NCBI RefSeq assembly: GCF_006345805.1
Contig: NC_043001.1
Coordinates: 114,948,001 to 115,012,000, forward strand
DNA length: 64,000 bases
Direction: 5' to 3'
Source of the DNA: Octopus sinensis
Lineage: Eukaryota
Both the position numbers and the translations under genes were made by a program. This document shows, one piece after another, positions 40,301 through 55,165 of the stretch (positions within the stretch are counted from its first letter, which is position 1; each line of letters starts with the position of its first letter). The notes beneath the pieces are model-generated. The model did no database searches and was not told the origin of the DNA. It saw only the letters and a list, made by a program, of their open reading frames with translations.

Positions 40301-40430
40301 TGAGGAGTTGTGAACTCTTAGTATCTCGCCTCGCCGACCTACAATTGTACATCCTAAGTGTATATTCTTGTATATTCTAAATAACTTACATGTCCCAAGC
40401 TCTTTTCCCCTAGTAGAGCACTCTCAAATC

Positions 40431-40470
<40 letters not shown>

Positions 40471-41304
40471 ACTTGGGTGGTGTAATTGTGTATGTATGTA
40501 TATATGTATGCATGTACGTGAATGTGCGTATGTATGCATATATGTGTGAATTAATGTTTTGCCGATGTCTGGGTCAATCTCTGTAATTTCATGTATCATA
40601 TATAAAAACCAGAGTTGTGTCAAGAAGCTTAAGTTAAAGATTCAATAAAATATAGATCGATAAGAAACATAAATACGCACTGCAGTCAATATTATCGACT
40701 ACAAAGCTTTGGAAGTATTGCTCCAGTATGGCGAAAGTCCAGTGACTGAAACCAATAACTGAAACAAAAAGAAAAGAATTATGAGTATAGAAACTACATG
40801 TTTATCAATCCTGAGAACATAATTTAGCAACATTTACTGAATCTAAATGGTGTCTGGACCAAATCTATGTAGATTATGATAGTGGAAAATTACAAGAACG
40901 TACATAGAGACAACAGTTTAGTTTATTATATATACATACTCTGTGACATTGAGCTGAAAAATCAATTTTGATTTTGTTAAATAATGTTTATACGCGATGA
41001 GGTTATTTTTGATTCAATAGAATAAAAATAGCTCCATTGTATCCCAGTCTGTTTGCGTATGAACTTACATTTTTTGTGCGTGTGTATGTTTGCGTGTGAA
41101 TGTGTGTCTGTGTCGGTGCGTGTGCGTATGTGTGTATGTGTGTAAGTGTGTGTATGTGTCTGTGTGTGTATTCATTTGCGTCTGTATATATATTCGGAAT
41201 ACGTGTTCGCATTCAATTATATATGGCAAGAGTTCTTGTGCTATCGAAGGATTGCGCAATAATAAATATCTTGATAGATAGATAGATAGATGCACACATA
41301 AGCA

Positions 41305-41370
<66 letters not shown>

Positions 41371-41508
41371 CATGGCTACTTTCATGCATATGAATATATA
41401 CATAATTGTATATAGTTTAACAAAGGACGAAGAGAGTTGATTGAATGAATATATATATGTGTGTGTATGTATATATATATATGTATATATATTCATAAGT
41501 ATGTATGT

Positions 41509-41600
<92 letters not shown>

Positions 41601-41922
41601 CATTTACACTTTATATTTGTCCTTTATCAGCCATTTTGTCATTGAGGTTTATAAGTTTTGTAATGGACGAAATAAGATAGGAAAACGAATTGGGAGCAAA
41701 ACGAAACCTATCATAAACATTTTTTACTGAATGTTTGCAAAGGCAGGTCAGAAGTAACAGCTCATTCGGGTTCCTGAATAAGAGACATTTGCATAAATAT
41801 TGTATTACATTGTTATTTAGAAATACTTACACTAAGACATCCTCATCTCCACAAAATTATGTTTTCACATTAGTACATATATAATGATCATATAACCCAC
41901 ATCAATACACACACACTCACAC

Positions 41923-41976
<54 letters not shown>

Positions 41977-42049
41977 CATGTGTCTGTGTGTGTGTTTGTG
42001 TGTACACACACAATAGTGTATGTGTGTGTGTACATGTGTGTATGTGTGC

Positions 42050-42110
<61 letters not shown>

Positions 42111-42330
42111 CATCGGAATATATGTCTTTCAGAATATAGTATTGAAACTGTAGATATAATATACTACAAACACTCGTATAAGTGCGGAGTTAGCATGAGT
42201 TTCATGGCTAAGTTGGTATCGAAATGTCTATTGTATTTTTAATGTTCAATTTTATTGTGTAGAAATGTATACTAATTCAGAAAGAATTTTATGAATACAC
42301 GCAGAGAAACACATTCCATACATTTATAGA

Positions 42331-42365
<35 letters not shown>

Positions 42366-42369
42366 TATA

Positions 42370-42477
<108 letters not shown>

Positions 42478-42492
42478 CTATATATATATATA

Positions 42493-42539
<47 letters not shown>

Positions 42540-42719
42540 TTAATATACATACATATATATATTGATTTAAAGCGACGTATCCCACATACAGCTGTAATAT
42601 GTATATAAGTATTTATGCAGAAATATTGCTATGTGTGCATGTGTGTGTGCTTGTGTATGTGTACATGAACACAGACTCGCATATACATCTACACACACAC
42701 ATATATATATATATACACA

Positions 42720-42757
<38 letters not shown>

Positions 42758-43727
42758 CATATATATTTATATATATATATATTCTCCCCAATATAATTTA
42801 TGAGTCGATATATATGGCGTCATTGTTGGCTATAAATTCAATAAGGTCCAGTAATGCTTCTTATTTGTTAATTATATTTAAACACAGGTAATGACTTTCA
42901 ATAGTTCAATTATATTTCCATTAAGTTAAGTTAGGGAATTAACTTACATGATGTGTTTTTATTATCTTAATCAAGATGGCAACAGGACGCATTCCTAAGT
43001 GGATGTCCTAGTCTCTTCTGCTTTTATTGCTGTTGTTCTCGATCAGCCGCCTGCGGTTGTCAATAAAACCATCACATGTATAACTGAAGTGGTAGTAGTA
43101 GTAGTAGTAGTAGTAGTAGATGTCGGAAAGTATTCTTATAGCTGACTGGTTGTGATGCTGTATGTTTGGAAATGAAATTTGAATCATGCTGAAAATGCAA
43201 TTATAATTTATGCTAATGAACATTCTATTGTTAATAAAAATCCGCGTATATTGTTTTGTACTTTTTTTAAATGTTAATTGCCGTTTCAGTACATTTCTAT
43301 CTCATATTCTTTATTTATTTTCCTGTTGTTGTCTTTGTTTATTTGCTCATATTATGTTGTTATTTGTGGTGTAAATATTGTTAACAAAAGCAAGATGGAT
43401 TTATATATTATGCAGTATTGTGTTAACATCGCTTCAGATTCTGTGTCTAAACTCAAATCCTACCATGATTTACTTCGTATTTCCTCCGTCCAAATTTATG
43501 TAAAATAACGTATGAGTCACATACTGGACTAGTTTTATTCAACTTCACCTCCTTTGCCAAAAATAAGTTACCTTGTACCTATAGAAATTAATATTTTTCT
43601 CTTACTGCACTGGTTTAACAAATGAAACATTTGGTCCTTGGGTGCTTTTATCGGAGTCTACGTTGTTGTAAGCAGAGAATTCAGAATAATTTCCTGCCTC
43701 ACCTACTAGTCTTACATGCTTCATACG

Positions 43728-43900
43728 GATGATGGTGTGTTTACGTCTCTGTAACTTAGCGGTTCGGAAAAAGACACCGATAGAATAAGTACTAGGCTAA
43801 CAAGGAATAAATCCTGGGATCGATTTGTACGACTAAAGGTGGTGTTCCTGCATGGCTGCAGTTAATTGACTGAAACAATTAAAAGAATAAACGAGTAAAA
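43728..43900 (+). mobile_element. SINE family A 3' half
   Basis: GGTGTGTTTACGTC...GATAGAATAAGTACTAGGC...GACTGAAAC. Confidence 0.8.
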
Positions 43901-45194
43901 GAAAAGCTGCTTTGCGAATTTTCTTTCGTTACTATGTATGAAAGTGATTCAGGGCCCGTGGCGTTCACAGTCCTTCTCAACCAATGAGTTTATGTTGTTA
44001 ATGTTCAACTTAACCTGTTCTAATCTACGACTGCAGGGAAATTTTGAGAAATGAGAGAATTTCTGACAGCCAAATTTCTAGAGAGGAAGGACAATTTATA
44101 GTCGTTAGTGCAGAGCCTCTATGATTGCCAAGATCAAAGGATCATCCAATAAAATGCGTTGTTATATTATCAGAATCGGTATAGAGTCGGACAGAATGCC
44201 TTGGTGTGTTTACCTAAATTACTTGATGTTTCAAATTCTAACCACATTTTCGCCGACTTCACCCTTTCATATTCTCAAATTGTTAAAATAATGTATATGG
44301 TTGCGTAAATTTCGAAATTCTTAGAACAGACTTTTCGGCTATTTTTTGTAATTGGTGAGGGAAGCGATTAATGTTTATACGGATATCAGACTTGCTGAAA
44401 TTCAAGGTACAATCCAGAATCCCAAATGATTTCTTGAATAACTAAATAAATAGTCAATTACAATCAATAATGCGTACGGTCTCGCTTGTATGGGAAATAA
44501 TTTTAGAATGCATTTTGTATCGTATTAATTGTATAAAAAGAGTGGCAGTTGCTTTATCAATATTCGACAAGCCTCAAAGAAAATAAATGAATAAATCATA
44601 ACTCTTCATAAACAGAAAGTAAAAAGGCCCATGGAATACAAAGGTATTCAATAGAAGAAAAAGAGGGAACGAAACGATCCTTTGCGGACAATATATCATC
44701 GGTTATAACATTTCGAAATTTCGCCAAGACAACAATAACATTTGGATACACGCACATGCGTATGCGCGCAACGTGGAGAGCGTTTCGAATTCAAATCAGC
44801 TTCCATTTTAGCAGCGTGCTTTCAAAAAATACAAAAAATGAATGATTGATATCGAAGATTAATATGAAAGAACGACTGACTGACAACAGTTTGCCTGAAC
44901 ATCGAATGCTTCGCTATCAGGAGGCATTAGTTAGGCGCACGAGAGAAGAAATTATGTGACTAACCTGTGCCTTATCGAAGTGATATGATTTTACATGTGC
45001 TCCAAAGAATAATTAGTAGAATACCTAGTCCATAAAGGGAGAGAGACAGACAGACAAACAGACAGAGAGAGACATACAGGTAATTAGGCAAGCAGACCGA
45101 AAGAGAGAGAAAGACATGATATGGTACAATACATATTCAACACTGAACTGGGGAAGTAATGTGTCACAAGTTCAGTGTATGTCCATAAGCTTAG

Positions 45195-45425
45195 GGCGGC
45201 GAGCTGGCAGAAACGTTAGCACGCCGGGCGAAATGCGTAGCCATATATCGTCTGTCGTTACGTTCCGAGTTCAAATTCCGCCGAGGTTGACTTTGCCTTT
45301 CATCCTTTCGGGGTCGAAAAATAAAGTACCAGTTACGCACTGGGGTCGATATAATCGACTTAATCCCTTTGTCTGTCCTTGTTTGTCCCCTCTATGTTTA
45401 GCCCCTTGTGGGTAGTAAAGAAATA
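45195..45425 (+). mobile_element. tRNA-derived SINE, family D
   Basis: GGCGGCGAGCTGGCAGAAACG head, GAGTTCAAATTCC B-box; inverse of 5800-6023. Confidence 0.88.
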
Positions 45426-46281
45426 TGTATGTCCGTAAGCTAGCGATAAAGAGTTTGAAATGCAAGAATAAGTGACATAAAATTAATAGAGAGTTACCGC
45501 TGATATGATCCGGGTTGACGTGTGATCGGGTGTGGTTACCATGAGCATATAAATTTTCGTGACTTTACAACAGCGGAAGACGATTTTAGACATTTAGCTC
45601 GTACAGAGATAAAGTCTACGACAAATCATTTCAGAAGAAAATATGTAAGAGCATTCAGCTCAATGCTGCTGAAAGGAAGAAAACAACGCCAACAGCAGAA
45701 GACCATGGAAACTGCTACTTATAAGAAAACCCTTGTCGCCTCCTCAGAGATTAACTGTTATTGTCGTCGACCGAACACCAACAGTGACGGTGATTATGAT
45801 CGAGATGAAGGAAATGAATGGCCCACTGCAATAAGTGCAACAATGAGTTCAATACCATCCTGTCCACTTGCATATGCATGAATCAAATGAAGGCCGAGGA
45901 TGTGTTGCAAACATTCACGGAAAATATCTAAAATATCTAAATAAAAAAAGCCTTATTAAAGAGAAAATAATCGAAGCTAACAGTAAGGGTAAGAAAAATA
46001 CTTCCTTAGAGAGAGGTCCATTTTGTATGAGAAAGACCCCCAACATCGCACAGGAGTAATCGCAAGAAGTGAACATTTGCTTGACAACTTTCACGCGAAA
46101 ATTCCTCAGAGATGATTCTAATGTTAGTAAACTTAAGAAGCATATGGTAAATTTCGAGAGGTTATTTAATGGAAGGCGTGAGAACTTCGGGGCAATGTAG
46201 GTCACTACCTCCCACCTATTTATAGGTGGTTTGCCCTTATAACAACTGAATCATGTTTTGCTTATCTGCATTTATAAATTA

Positions 46282-46677
46282 CTAGCAGTATCGCCCGGCG
46301 TTGCTCGGATTTGTAAGGGAAATAACTATAAAGCATTTTTAGAGAGTTATAGACAAAAACTAGCAAAAAATGCATTGAAAATGGAATAAAAATTACAGTA
46401 ATTTTTTTTTTAATCGTTGACTCATTGTAGACATTTTTAGAGAGTTACTTCCCTTATATTTAAAAAATATGCCTTAAAATGGAAAAAAATGATGGTAAAT
46501 TATTTTTAAAATCGAAGAATCATCGTAGACGCGCGCTAATACCCAGAAGGGCTTGATATGAATCACGTCTATAAGATACCCGGTTTTGGTTAAACTGCAC
46601 CGCAAAATGTGGGAGTAGTTAGGAATCTAAATCGTAGGAGACAGACACTCACACAACTTCACTTTTATATATAAAGA
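46282..46677 (-). mobile_element. Non-autonomous Helitron family 1
   Basis: Same termini and internal repeat as 4917-5315. Confidence 0.9.
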
Positions 46678-46820
46678 TATGTTTATTATTGTTTTACTCA
46701 TCGTTCATATATTGACTCTTCTTTCTTGTGTCGGTATTAAATTATTTGTTTGTTCACGCCCACGCGTTTTTTGTAACCACAATGTGTCTATTTTTGTTGT
46801 ACGAGTGTGCCGTTATGGTA

Positions 46821-46865
<45 letters not shown>

Positions 46866-46924
46866 TTATTATTATTATTATTATTGCTACTGTTGTTGTT
46901 GTTGTTTCGGGTTCGTGTGTTAGA

Positions 46925-47390
46925 ATGCCGTCGGGATCGACTTTGCCTTACGTCTTTTCGGGTCGATAAAATAAGTTCTATCTGAGCATTGGGCTTGATA
47001 TAATTCATTAGTCCTTCCCACCAAAGTTTCAAGGCTTGTACCAGGCAGAATCGTTAGTAGCGCCGCACATACTGCTTAATGACATTTCGTTCGTCTTTAT
47101 GTTCTGAGTTCAAATTCAACCGGGGTCCACTTTTCCTTTCCTCCTTTTGGGGTTAACTTCTTATTAATGTTGTTTTTAATGTTAGATCCCACTAGGAATA
47201 TTAATAAAATGCTTAGCGGTATTTAGTCTGTCTTCCAGTTCTGGGTTCAAATTCCGCCGAGGTTAACCTTACATTTCATCTTTTCGGGATCGATAAAATA
47301 AGTGCAGTTGAACACTGGGGTTGATGTAATCGACTTACATCCACCACCCATCTGAAATTGCTGGCCTTGTGCCAAAATGTGAAATCAATA
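46925..47390 (+). mobile_element. Cluster of three decayed family-D-like SINE fragments
   Basis: GGGTCGATAAAATAAG and GTTCAAATTC motifs recur at ~46960, ~47105 and ~47245-47330. Confidence 0.7.
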
Positions 47391-48885
47391 TTCTTCTTAG
47401 TATTGTTATTTCTATTACTTTTGTTGTTTTTAATGTTACATTTTATTAATGATATTTTGCCCTTTTTTTCAATTCTGTTATTCCAATTTTGATGTTTGCT
47501 TTTCGTTTCTCATTTCATTATATTTGTTATTACATTAATTTCAAGGTTAATATATTACATCAAGTCACTTCTAGTTACCCAGTTTCTTTTTTCATTTCAG
47601 TGTATATATCTCTTACCATCCTTTCTCACTTTTTAAATTACTCCATGCTGCAAGATTTCTAGGATCATACATGCCAGGTTTCTGCCCTAGTGCACAATTA
47701 TTTTTATTAGTTTTTCTCAGTATTAGTCAATCCGTTTACAATGCATCCATGTAATAATCTAGCTATCTAGTTGTGTGTTTATATATCTATCTATCATCTA
47801 TCTCTACATGTCTCTGCCTATCTCTCTAAATATTTCTATATATCAATACATGTATCTATCTATTTATTTCTGGGGGTTTTTCCCCACCTATCGATCTGTT
47901 ATTCCCTGCTTGTTTGTTTCTTTCACGTGACCTAGTGATATGCTTTTCCAAAACACTATCACTAAATGCAGCTTATTCGTAGTTGGCTCCCCCTTTAATA
48001 TTATTCCATCTCTGTCTTTTTCTCTACTCTTTTCTTTCTTTCTCTCTTTTCTTCTCTCAACCTTTTCATTACTGCCTATCCTCTTGCTAAATCTCTCCAC
48101 AGCTATGCAATAGTGCCTTTCGTTTCGCGTTAATTGGACAGATATTTGGGTGTTTTGCGGCGAGAAGACGTGCAAAATAAACTTACACAACGACTTTTGG
48201 CTAATCACAAGAGCCACGGAATATCTAATTATATTTAATATATTATACAGCTAAAAATGCAAGCTGAACATAATATGAAGCAAATAAATATATTCTGGAA
48301 AACAAATAATGAAAAAAAAAAACATATTCAGAAAGCACAGTGGAAATAAAAAATAAGTAACAAAAAGCTGGAATTAGCTCAGAAGAAACCAGGCGGTAAA
48401 AACGCATCACTGTTGTGGCTTCATTTTCCACGTTTCCCATGGCAACAAATTAACCAAATGTTTCGTATTTATATAGGTTTCTTCTTCTCTATTGTTAGAC
48501 ATTATTCGTGGTAAACAGAACTGGATTCTTCCTTTCTTCCATCTATTATTTCTTTCTACGTCTTCTCGTTGTTACTTTTCAATTCATTTCTTTTCTTCTC
48601 GTTGATTCATTTCTTCTCTTTTCGTTGGTCATCATTCATTTATTATAAATCCACCGACCAACATCACCACCACCACCAACTCCATCGCCACCAATACCAA
48701 CTCCATCGCCACTATCACCAACACTATCTTTTCTACTGATGAAATATTCTGACTTCTTTAAGGACCCTATTTGCACAGTCATTCTACATCTCGACACACT
48801 GGCATGCATGCACACATTCAAACAGACGCATACACACGTACACACAATTCTACGCATATATAGCTATACAAATATAGATATGTAT

Positions 48886-48952
<67 letters not shown>

Positions 48953-49136
48953 CATACATACATACATGAATATATAACTACATATACACACATGAATATA
49001 TATAGACACACACATATGTGGATGTTTGTATTTGTATGTATGTATGCAAATAAATCTAGGCGTGTATGTGTTCATATACATATGTGTGTGTATGTTCATG
49101 TATGTATATGTATGTATGTAAGTATGTATATGTATA

Positions 49137-49215
<79 letters not shown>

Positions 49216-49760
49216 AAACATATACATGTTGTGTTTATATATCCACAATATAAATGAGTGTGTGCGTATATGTGTCAAAGTTTGCGCGTTCATTCACGCG
49301 TATATATTTAATAAAATGAATGTTGGTTTTTTATTTGGCATTTTTAGTTATTTCTCTTTAGTTTCATATACATTTCTTCATACGGCTCTATCTACATTTC
49401 TATCAAATATATACGAAAGCATACACCCATACAGACACACCCATACACATTCATATTCAAAGACATCATTCACGCACACACGTGTATGCGTAAATTTGTT
49501 GTGAATGCGTATACGTTTGCTGTTTCATATTTCTTTATGCTGGCTGATTGATTAAACAAATCACTAGAAATATATTTTGCTGCTCTTAATATCTCGCAAT
49601 AAGTCTGGTTAATATACTGGTGGGTACATTTCTATCAGCTTCTGTTAATCTCATAATCATCTATCTCCCCTGCACTGTGCATGCTAGTATTCTGTTTGCT
49701 GATCTACGCTTAGTCTCCACTATAAATATATCCAAACGCTTTCGGGAATTTTATATTCAA

Positions 49761-50155
49761 CTAGCAGTATCGCCCGGCGTGGCTCGGGTTTGTAAGGGAA
49801 ATAACTACAAAGCATTTTTAGAGAGTTATAGCCAAAAAATAGCAAAAAATGCATCAAAAATGAAAAGAAAATTATGGTAATTTTTTTTTAAATCGTTGAC
49901 TCATCGTAGACATTTTTAGAGAGTTATTTCCCTTATATAATAGAGAGAAAAATGCATTAAAATGGAAAAAATGATGGTAAATTAGTTTTTAAATCGTAGA
50001 CTCATCATAGACGCGCGCTAATATCCAGAAGGGCTCGATATGAATCACGACTATAAGATACCCGGTTTTGGTTAAACTGCACCGCAAAATGTGGGAGTAG
50101 TTAGGAATCTAAATCGTAGGAGACATACACACAACCTTACTTTTATATATAAAGA
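49761..50155 (-). mobile_element. Non-autonomous Helitron family 1
   Basis: Same termini and internal repeat as 4917-5315. Confidence 0.9.
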
Positions 50156-50468
50156 TATATGCTACATGGACCCTTTCAACGTGGTTATTTTTTTATTCTC
50201 CATTCTCCCTACAAGGCATTTTATATCTATGCGATATCTAACCTGTCTCAACTACAGAAACGTTTTCATTACTGTTTGAGATGAAGGGAGACCTCCCGAA
50301 ACCTCGGATTGTTCTTCAGCACAAGGTATACTAACTTGTCCAAATTGCTGAAATTTCACTGTATGTTTCTAACTTAGAAGCTACATTTCCGTAGAATCCG
50401 ATTTTTTACATGCACACACACACACACAACTGCGTGCGCACGCAGACAAAGCGCATATACATTCATCC

Positions 50469-50489
<21 letters not shown>

Positions 50490-50500
<11 letters not shown>

Positions 50501-50780
50501 AATATTAGGGAATAAATACAAACTTACAGGGAAAAATCAGATTTAGGATTGAATCCAATTTTATAGTAAAATATTATATTATATTAAATTAGAGACAAAA
50601 CCACTATTAGGCAAATCAAACAATGAAAAACTTAAGCCAATACATATGATTAATTTATATTATTTAAATATATAACAAAAGTATTAAAAAAATATATAAT
50701 TAATATCACACTACGATCGCTTCATGCCTGCTAACATCTTCAAAATTTTTGAGTCGCAGTCATTCATCAGGTGGTTTAAA
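50490..50780 (-). mobile_element. Family P element with degenerate HHR (50707-50776)
   Basis: CCAC-CTGATGA-ATGACTGC...GCAGGCAT-GAAGC-GATC-GTA|GTGT; tail as in 21050. Confidence 0.7.
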
Positions 50781-51480
50781 TATTTTTCTTGGCGAAGTTT
50801 AAACAATGAACTCATTGTGCGTGCGTTTGTCTAAGTGTGTGTGCATGTGATTGGGTATGCGTGTATGTGTGTGTTCTACCAATTTAATATTAAGAATAAA
50901 TTGGGGAATATGTTGCTGCATAGTGGCGGATAGTATGATATCAACCAGCATTAGAATATTTGGTTTATATAAAATTTTCGTAAAATGAATTTGCGTTCAT
51001 ATTTTCATCGTGTAGATTGGGAGTCCTCAACCATTTTTGATCTATGCACTCATTTGATTGCTACTCTATTCTAGTCACTCGATGTTTAAAAACTAGTTTT
51101 ATAGAAACTTCCTTCAAAATCCATGTTTTGTTTTTCATACATGATTAACTTGTGTAGGTTGAACTTTGTATAATGTTAAAGAAACTTAGAAGCTTCTGGC
51201 AATATACACCAATACATACATCTAAAGCAAAATTTTATCAGAAATTCTTAAAATACTAATTGTGGATCCCAAATTTACTATTTTGCTGCGTAGAACCCCC
51301 AAAATCTTATACAGACCCTCGGGGGACCCTGGTTGAGAACCACTACTTTAGATAATGATATTATCCAGGCATTAATATTTTTGAGTAATTTCCGAAAGAG
51401 AAAAGAAAACTAAATGAAAATGAAGAATACTTCGATGGAAATATGCTTTTCTTCGAATTTATAAAATATGGTTTTATTTT

Positions 51481-51908
51481 TTTATTCTTTTATATGTTTC
51501 AGTTAATTGACTACAGCCACGCTGGAACACCACCTTGAAGAGTTTTAGTGGAACAGATAAAACCCCAGGATATTTCTAAGTACTTATTCTAACGGTGTCT
51601 TTCCTAAGTTACGGGGACGTAAACTCACCAACACCGGTTTTCACGCGATAATGAGGGGACAAACACACAAACACACACACACACACACATACACACACAC
51701 ACACACACGCACACACACACACACTTATATATATATATATATGTATATACCACGGGTATCTTTCAGTTTGCTCCTACCAAATCCAATAACAAGGCTTTAG
51801 TCGGGCCGGAGCTATAAAAGAAGACACTTGCTCAAGGATCCACTCAGTGCGACTGAACCCGTAAATGTGATTGGGGAGCAAACTTCTTCTAACAAAGCTA
51901 TATCTGCG
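51481..51908 (-). mobile_element. SINE family A, older copy
   Basis: Diverged reverse complement of 54000-54400 with an internal (CA)/(TA) array. Confidence 0.8.
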
Positions 51909-52957
51909 CTTAAAAGGGAAATTTAATTTAATTCAATTTAGGTTTATAAACGGTAGAGCAATGAACGGACTTCAAAACGTAGTCACGGAAACGATTTATA
52001 GGACAATGTCTTTTACCATGTAGAACATTCCTAATGAGACGATATTTTAATACAAACTACATAAGTGAATTCAGAGATTCTGTAGCTGAAATTCGAACAA
52101 AAATTCGTATCATTTAGTGAGGTTTGTAACTTCGAAATAGTTTCTCAGCTATGAAAAAATAAATAATGATTCAGTGTTTTCTTTCTTTTTATCTTTCTAA
52201 TGAAACATTTCGTCTGCGAGAAACACCTATCTCCATGCTATAGATACTTCTGTGATAAATATATTCTGCTGGCGGAGTGACGGAGACATCACAATTTTAC
52301 TTCCTTTTTGATTATTTTTATTTGCATGATTTTTCTGATGTGACGTCACACAAGAAATCAATTCTGCGATTCATGCAAAGCCGAGCATTTAATTTCACAT
52401 AAAAGAACGACATTCATTAAAATCAGTGAAATGGTTACAACCGGGAATCAACTTCTCAACTTGGAGTGGTTAGGGTTCAGCTCTTACTCTAGATGCACTT
52501 TACATTAATGGGAGAAAATATAGACAATTAAAAATTTATAAAAAAAAATCTAAAGTGTTTTATAAAATTTTAACAGATCAATATATGTCAGTTTTATAGG
52601 ATTTCTTTAATTAAGAAAATAATGAACCATAGCCCCTTTTTTCATATAGAAATACACGTCCACAGGGAACCAATTAAGCAGAGTTTGTCATTCCACCAGA
52701 GAACAAACGTAAATAACAACTTGTAGATACTTTTTTTTAAATTTTAAATATCAGATAAATATATTTATTTATGGCTTATTGATAATCGTTATATCTCCTT
52801 GGTAATTAAGATCAGCATTGTCATAGAATTAGCAGAGAAGCTCGTTATGTTGCTGTTGATTTCGATTTCCATTTCCTTCCAACCAATATTCGTGCGAAGG
52901 AGAGTCTGCTTTCGTGGATATGTATGCGTGCGAGTATGTGCATGCATTTCTATATGC

Positions 52958-53032
<75 letters not shown>

Positions 53033-53034
<2 letters not shown>

Positions 53035-53228
53035 AATTAAGGACTGAACACGAAAAGTGGACAGTCAACATGCTGGATATAGACGTCAAATCGCCATTCT
53101 CCACAAAGATTATGTTCTCAAATATGTGCTGAGTTTTATTTGAGAACATAATCTTTGTGGAGAATGGCGATTTGACGTCTATATCTAGCATGTTGACTGT
53201 CCAGTTTTCGTGTTCAGTCCTTAATTGG
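53033..53228. mobile_element. Near-perfect palindromic insertion in (TA)n
   Basis: ~92-bp arms with 2 mismatches and a 12-nt spacer (53125-53136). Confidence 0.85.
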
Positions 53229-53319
53229 TATATATATATATCTTAATTTTCGGATTCTTTTTAATATGCTAGACAACTGGTTTAATTGATAAAAATCAAT
53301 TTCTACCCTTAATTAAATT

Positions 53320-53350
<31 letters not shown>

Positions 53351-53835
53351 GTGTGTGTGTGTGTTTATGGGGGGTGTACGTGCGTGTATGTGTGTATGTA
53401 TATGTGTGTGTATATGTGTGTGTATATGTGTGTGTGTGTATGCTTGTACAGGCATCTTCTGATTTTGTTCTGTCGTGTGCTTTGACCTACATGTTCAACG
53501 GTTTATTTTCCAATACTTTTCAGGTGGTTTACTTCTGTATTTATGCATACAAAGAGTAAGCATAACTGCCTTCAACAAATATACTTCTGAAACCACGTAG
53601 CTCCCTACAACACGGCACTTGGGGCAAGTGGTCCCTACGATGGTCCCGATATGATCAATATTGAAACTAATACGTCGACAAGCAGAGACTAGTATCGAAA
53701 TGATTTTTGCAACAAAATTGCAATAACATTGGAGCACAGCTAGTACAAATAATAATATTTGCGTTTAATACACAAAATGATTAATGCAGTTTATAGAAAA
53801 TATATATTCGTACTTATATATATATATAGTAAATG

Positions 53836-53934
<99 letters not shown>

Positions 53935-53945
53935 ATATATATATA

Positions 53946-53999
<54 letters not shown>

Positions 54000-54001
<2 letters not shown>

Positions 54002-54400
54002 CGCAGGAGTGGCTGTGGTAAGTAGCTTGTTTACCAACCACATGGTTCCGGGTTCAGTCCAACTGCGTGGCACCTTGGGCAAGTGTCTTCTACTATAGCC
54101 TCGGGCCGACCAAAGCCTTGTGAGTGGATTTGGTAGACGGAAACTGAAAAAAGCCCGTCGTATATATGTATATATATATATATATGGGTGTGTGTGTTTG
54201 TGTGTCTGTGTTTGTCCCCCTAGCATTGCTTGACAACCGATGCTGGTGTGTTTATGTTCCCGTTACTTAGCGGTTCGGCAAAAGAGACCGATAGAATAAG
54301 TACTGGGCTTACAAAAGAATAAGTCCCGGGGTCGAGTTGCTCGATTAAAGGCGGTGCTCCAGCATGGCTGCAGTCAAATGGCTGAAACAAGTAAAAGAGT
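54000..54400 (+). mobile_element. tRNA-derived SINE, family A
   Basis: Full-length copy, close to 4388-4766. Confidence 0.92.
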
Positions 54401-54996
54401 ATATATATATATAGTACATTTTACTTCCCAATATAACGTGGCAGACCTGACGGGAATTATGTTACTACTTTTTAACTCCGGGAAAATATCTTTTCCGGCT
54501 GATTTGTCGACACATGATCTGTGTTCTAGGCATAATATTACTGTAAGCAAGGGAGCTCACTGCGCTATTCTAACCATTGGCAGTACCAACGCACTAATGG
54601 TTTCTGGTCTTTTTCTCTTCCTCAGTTCAGGACAACCGCTTCGCTAGATACAGCAGCCAGCCGAATTTACTTAAAGTATACTTTTCCAAGCGACACTCAT
54701 TCGTTGATCTCGTAAGGAGAAAAACAATTAGTTTTAGATTTCTGATTGAGATCTGTGTTGTAACAGTACCAGCTAATAAAGTTTATTTGCAAACATAACG
54801 TGACAGTTGTGACTAGGAATATGTTACTACATTTTAACCCCAGGGAAGCATCTATTCCAACTGATTTATCGACACATGATCTGTGTCGTAGGTCTGTGTG
54901 CTAGAAATAAGAGCTCAGATACTGTAGTCAACGGGCACAAATGTGAACATATACATTTACAAGGACCTTAATCGTCCGAAAAATGCTGATCGAAAA

Positions 54997-55049
54997 TTCT
55001 TAATACTGACGTCAGTTTCGACAATTTCTGTTGCCTCATCAGTTACGAC
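54997..55049 (-). ncRNA. Type I hammerhead, intact core, imperfect stem I
   Basis: GTCGTAA-CTGATGA-GGCAA-cagaaa-TTGTC-GAAA-CTG-ACGT-CAG-TA|TTAAGAA. Confidence 0.65.
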
Positions 55050-55097
55050 TGGCTCGAAAGTTCAGCTTTTTCAGGACTTGTTTCTCTATTAGTATAC

Positions 55098-55165
<68 letters not shown>

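Noticed and set aside
45500-46200. Complex ORF-bearing block (119 aa and others)
   Set aside because: Probably a decayed TE, but no diagnostic motif could be identified.
50270-50325. GATGA-A-GGGAG/CTCCC-GAAAC as another hammerhead
   Set aside because: Lacks the CU of the core and a GUH/stem I partner.
51905-52640. Kolobok-like non-autonomous DNA element (TTAAAAGGG...CCCCTTTT)
   Set aside because: The terminal match is too short and no TSD can be supported.
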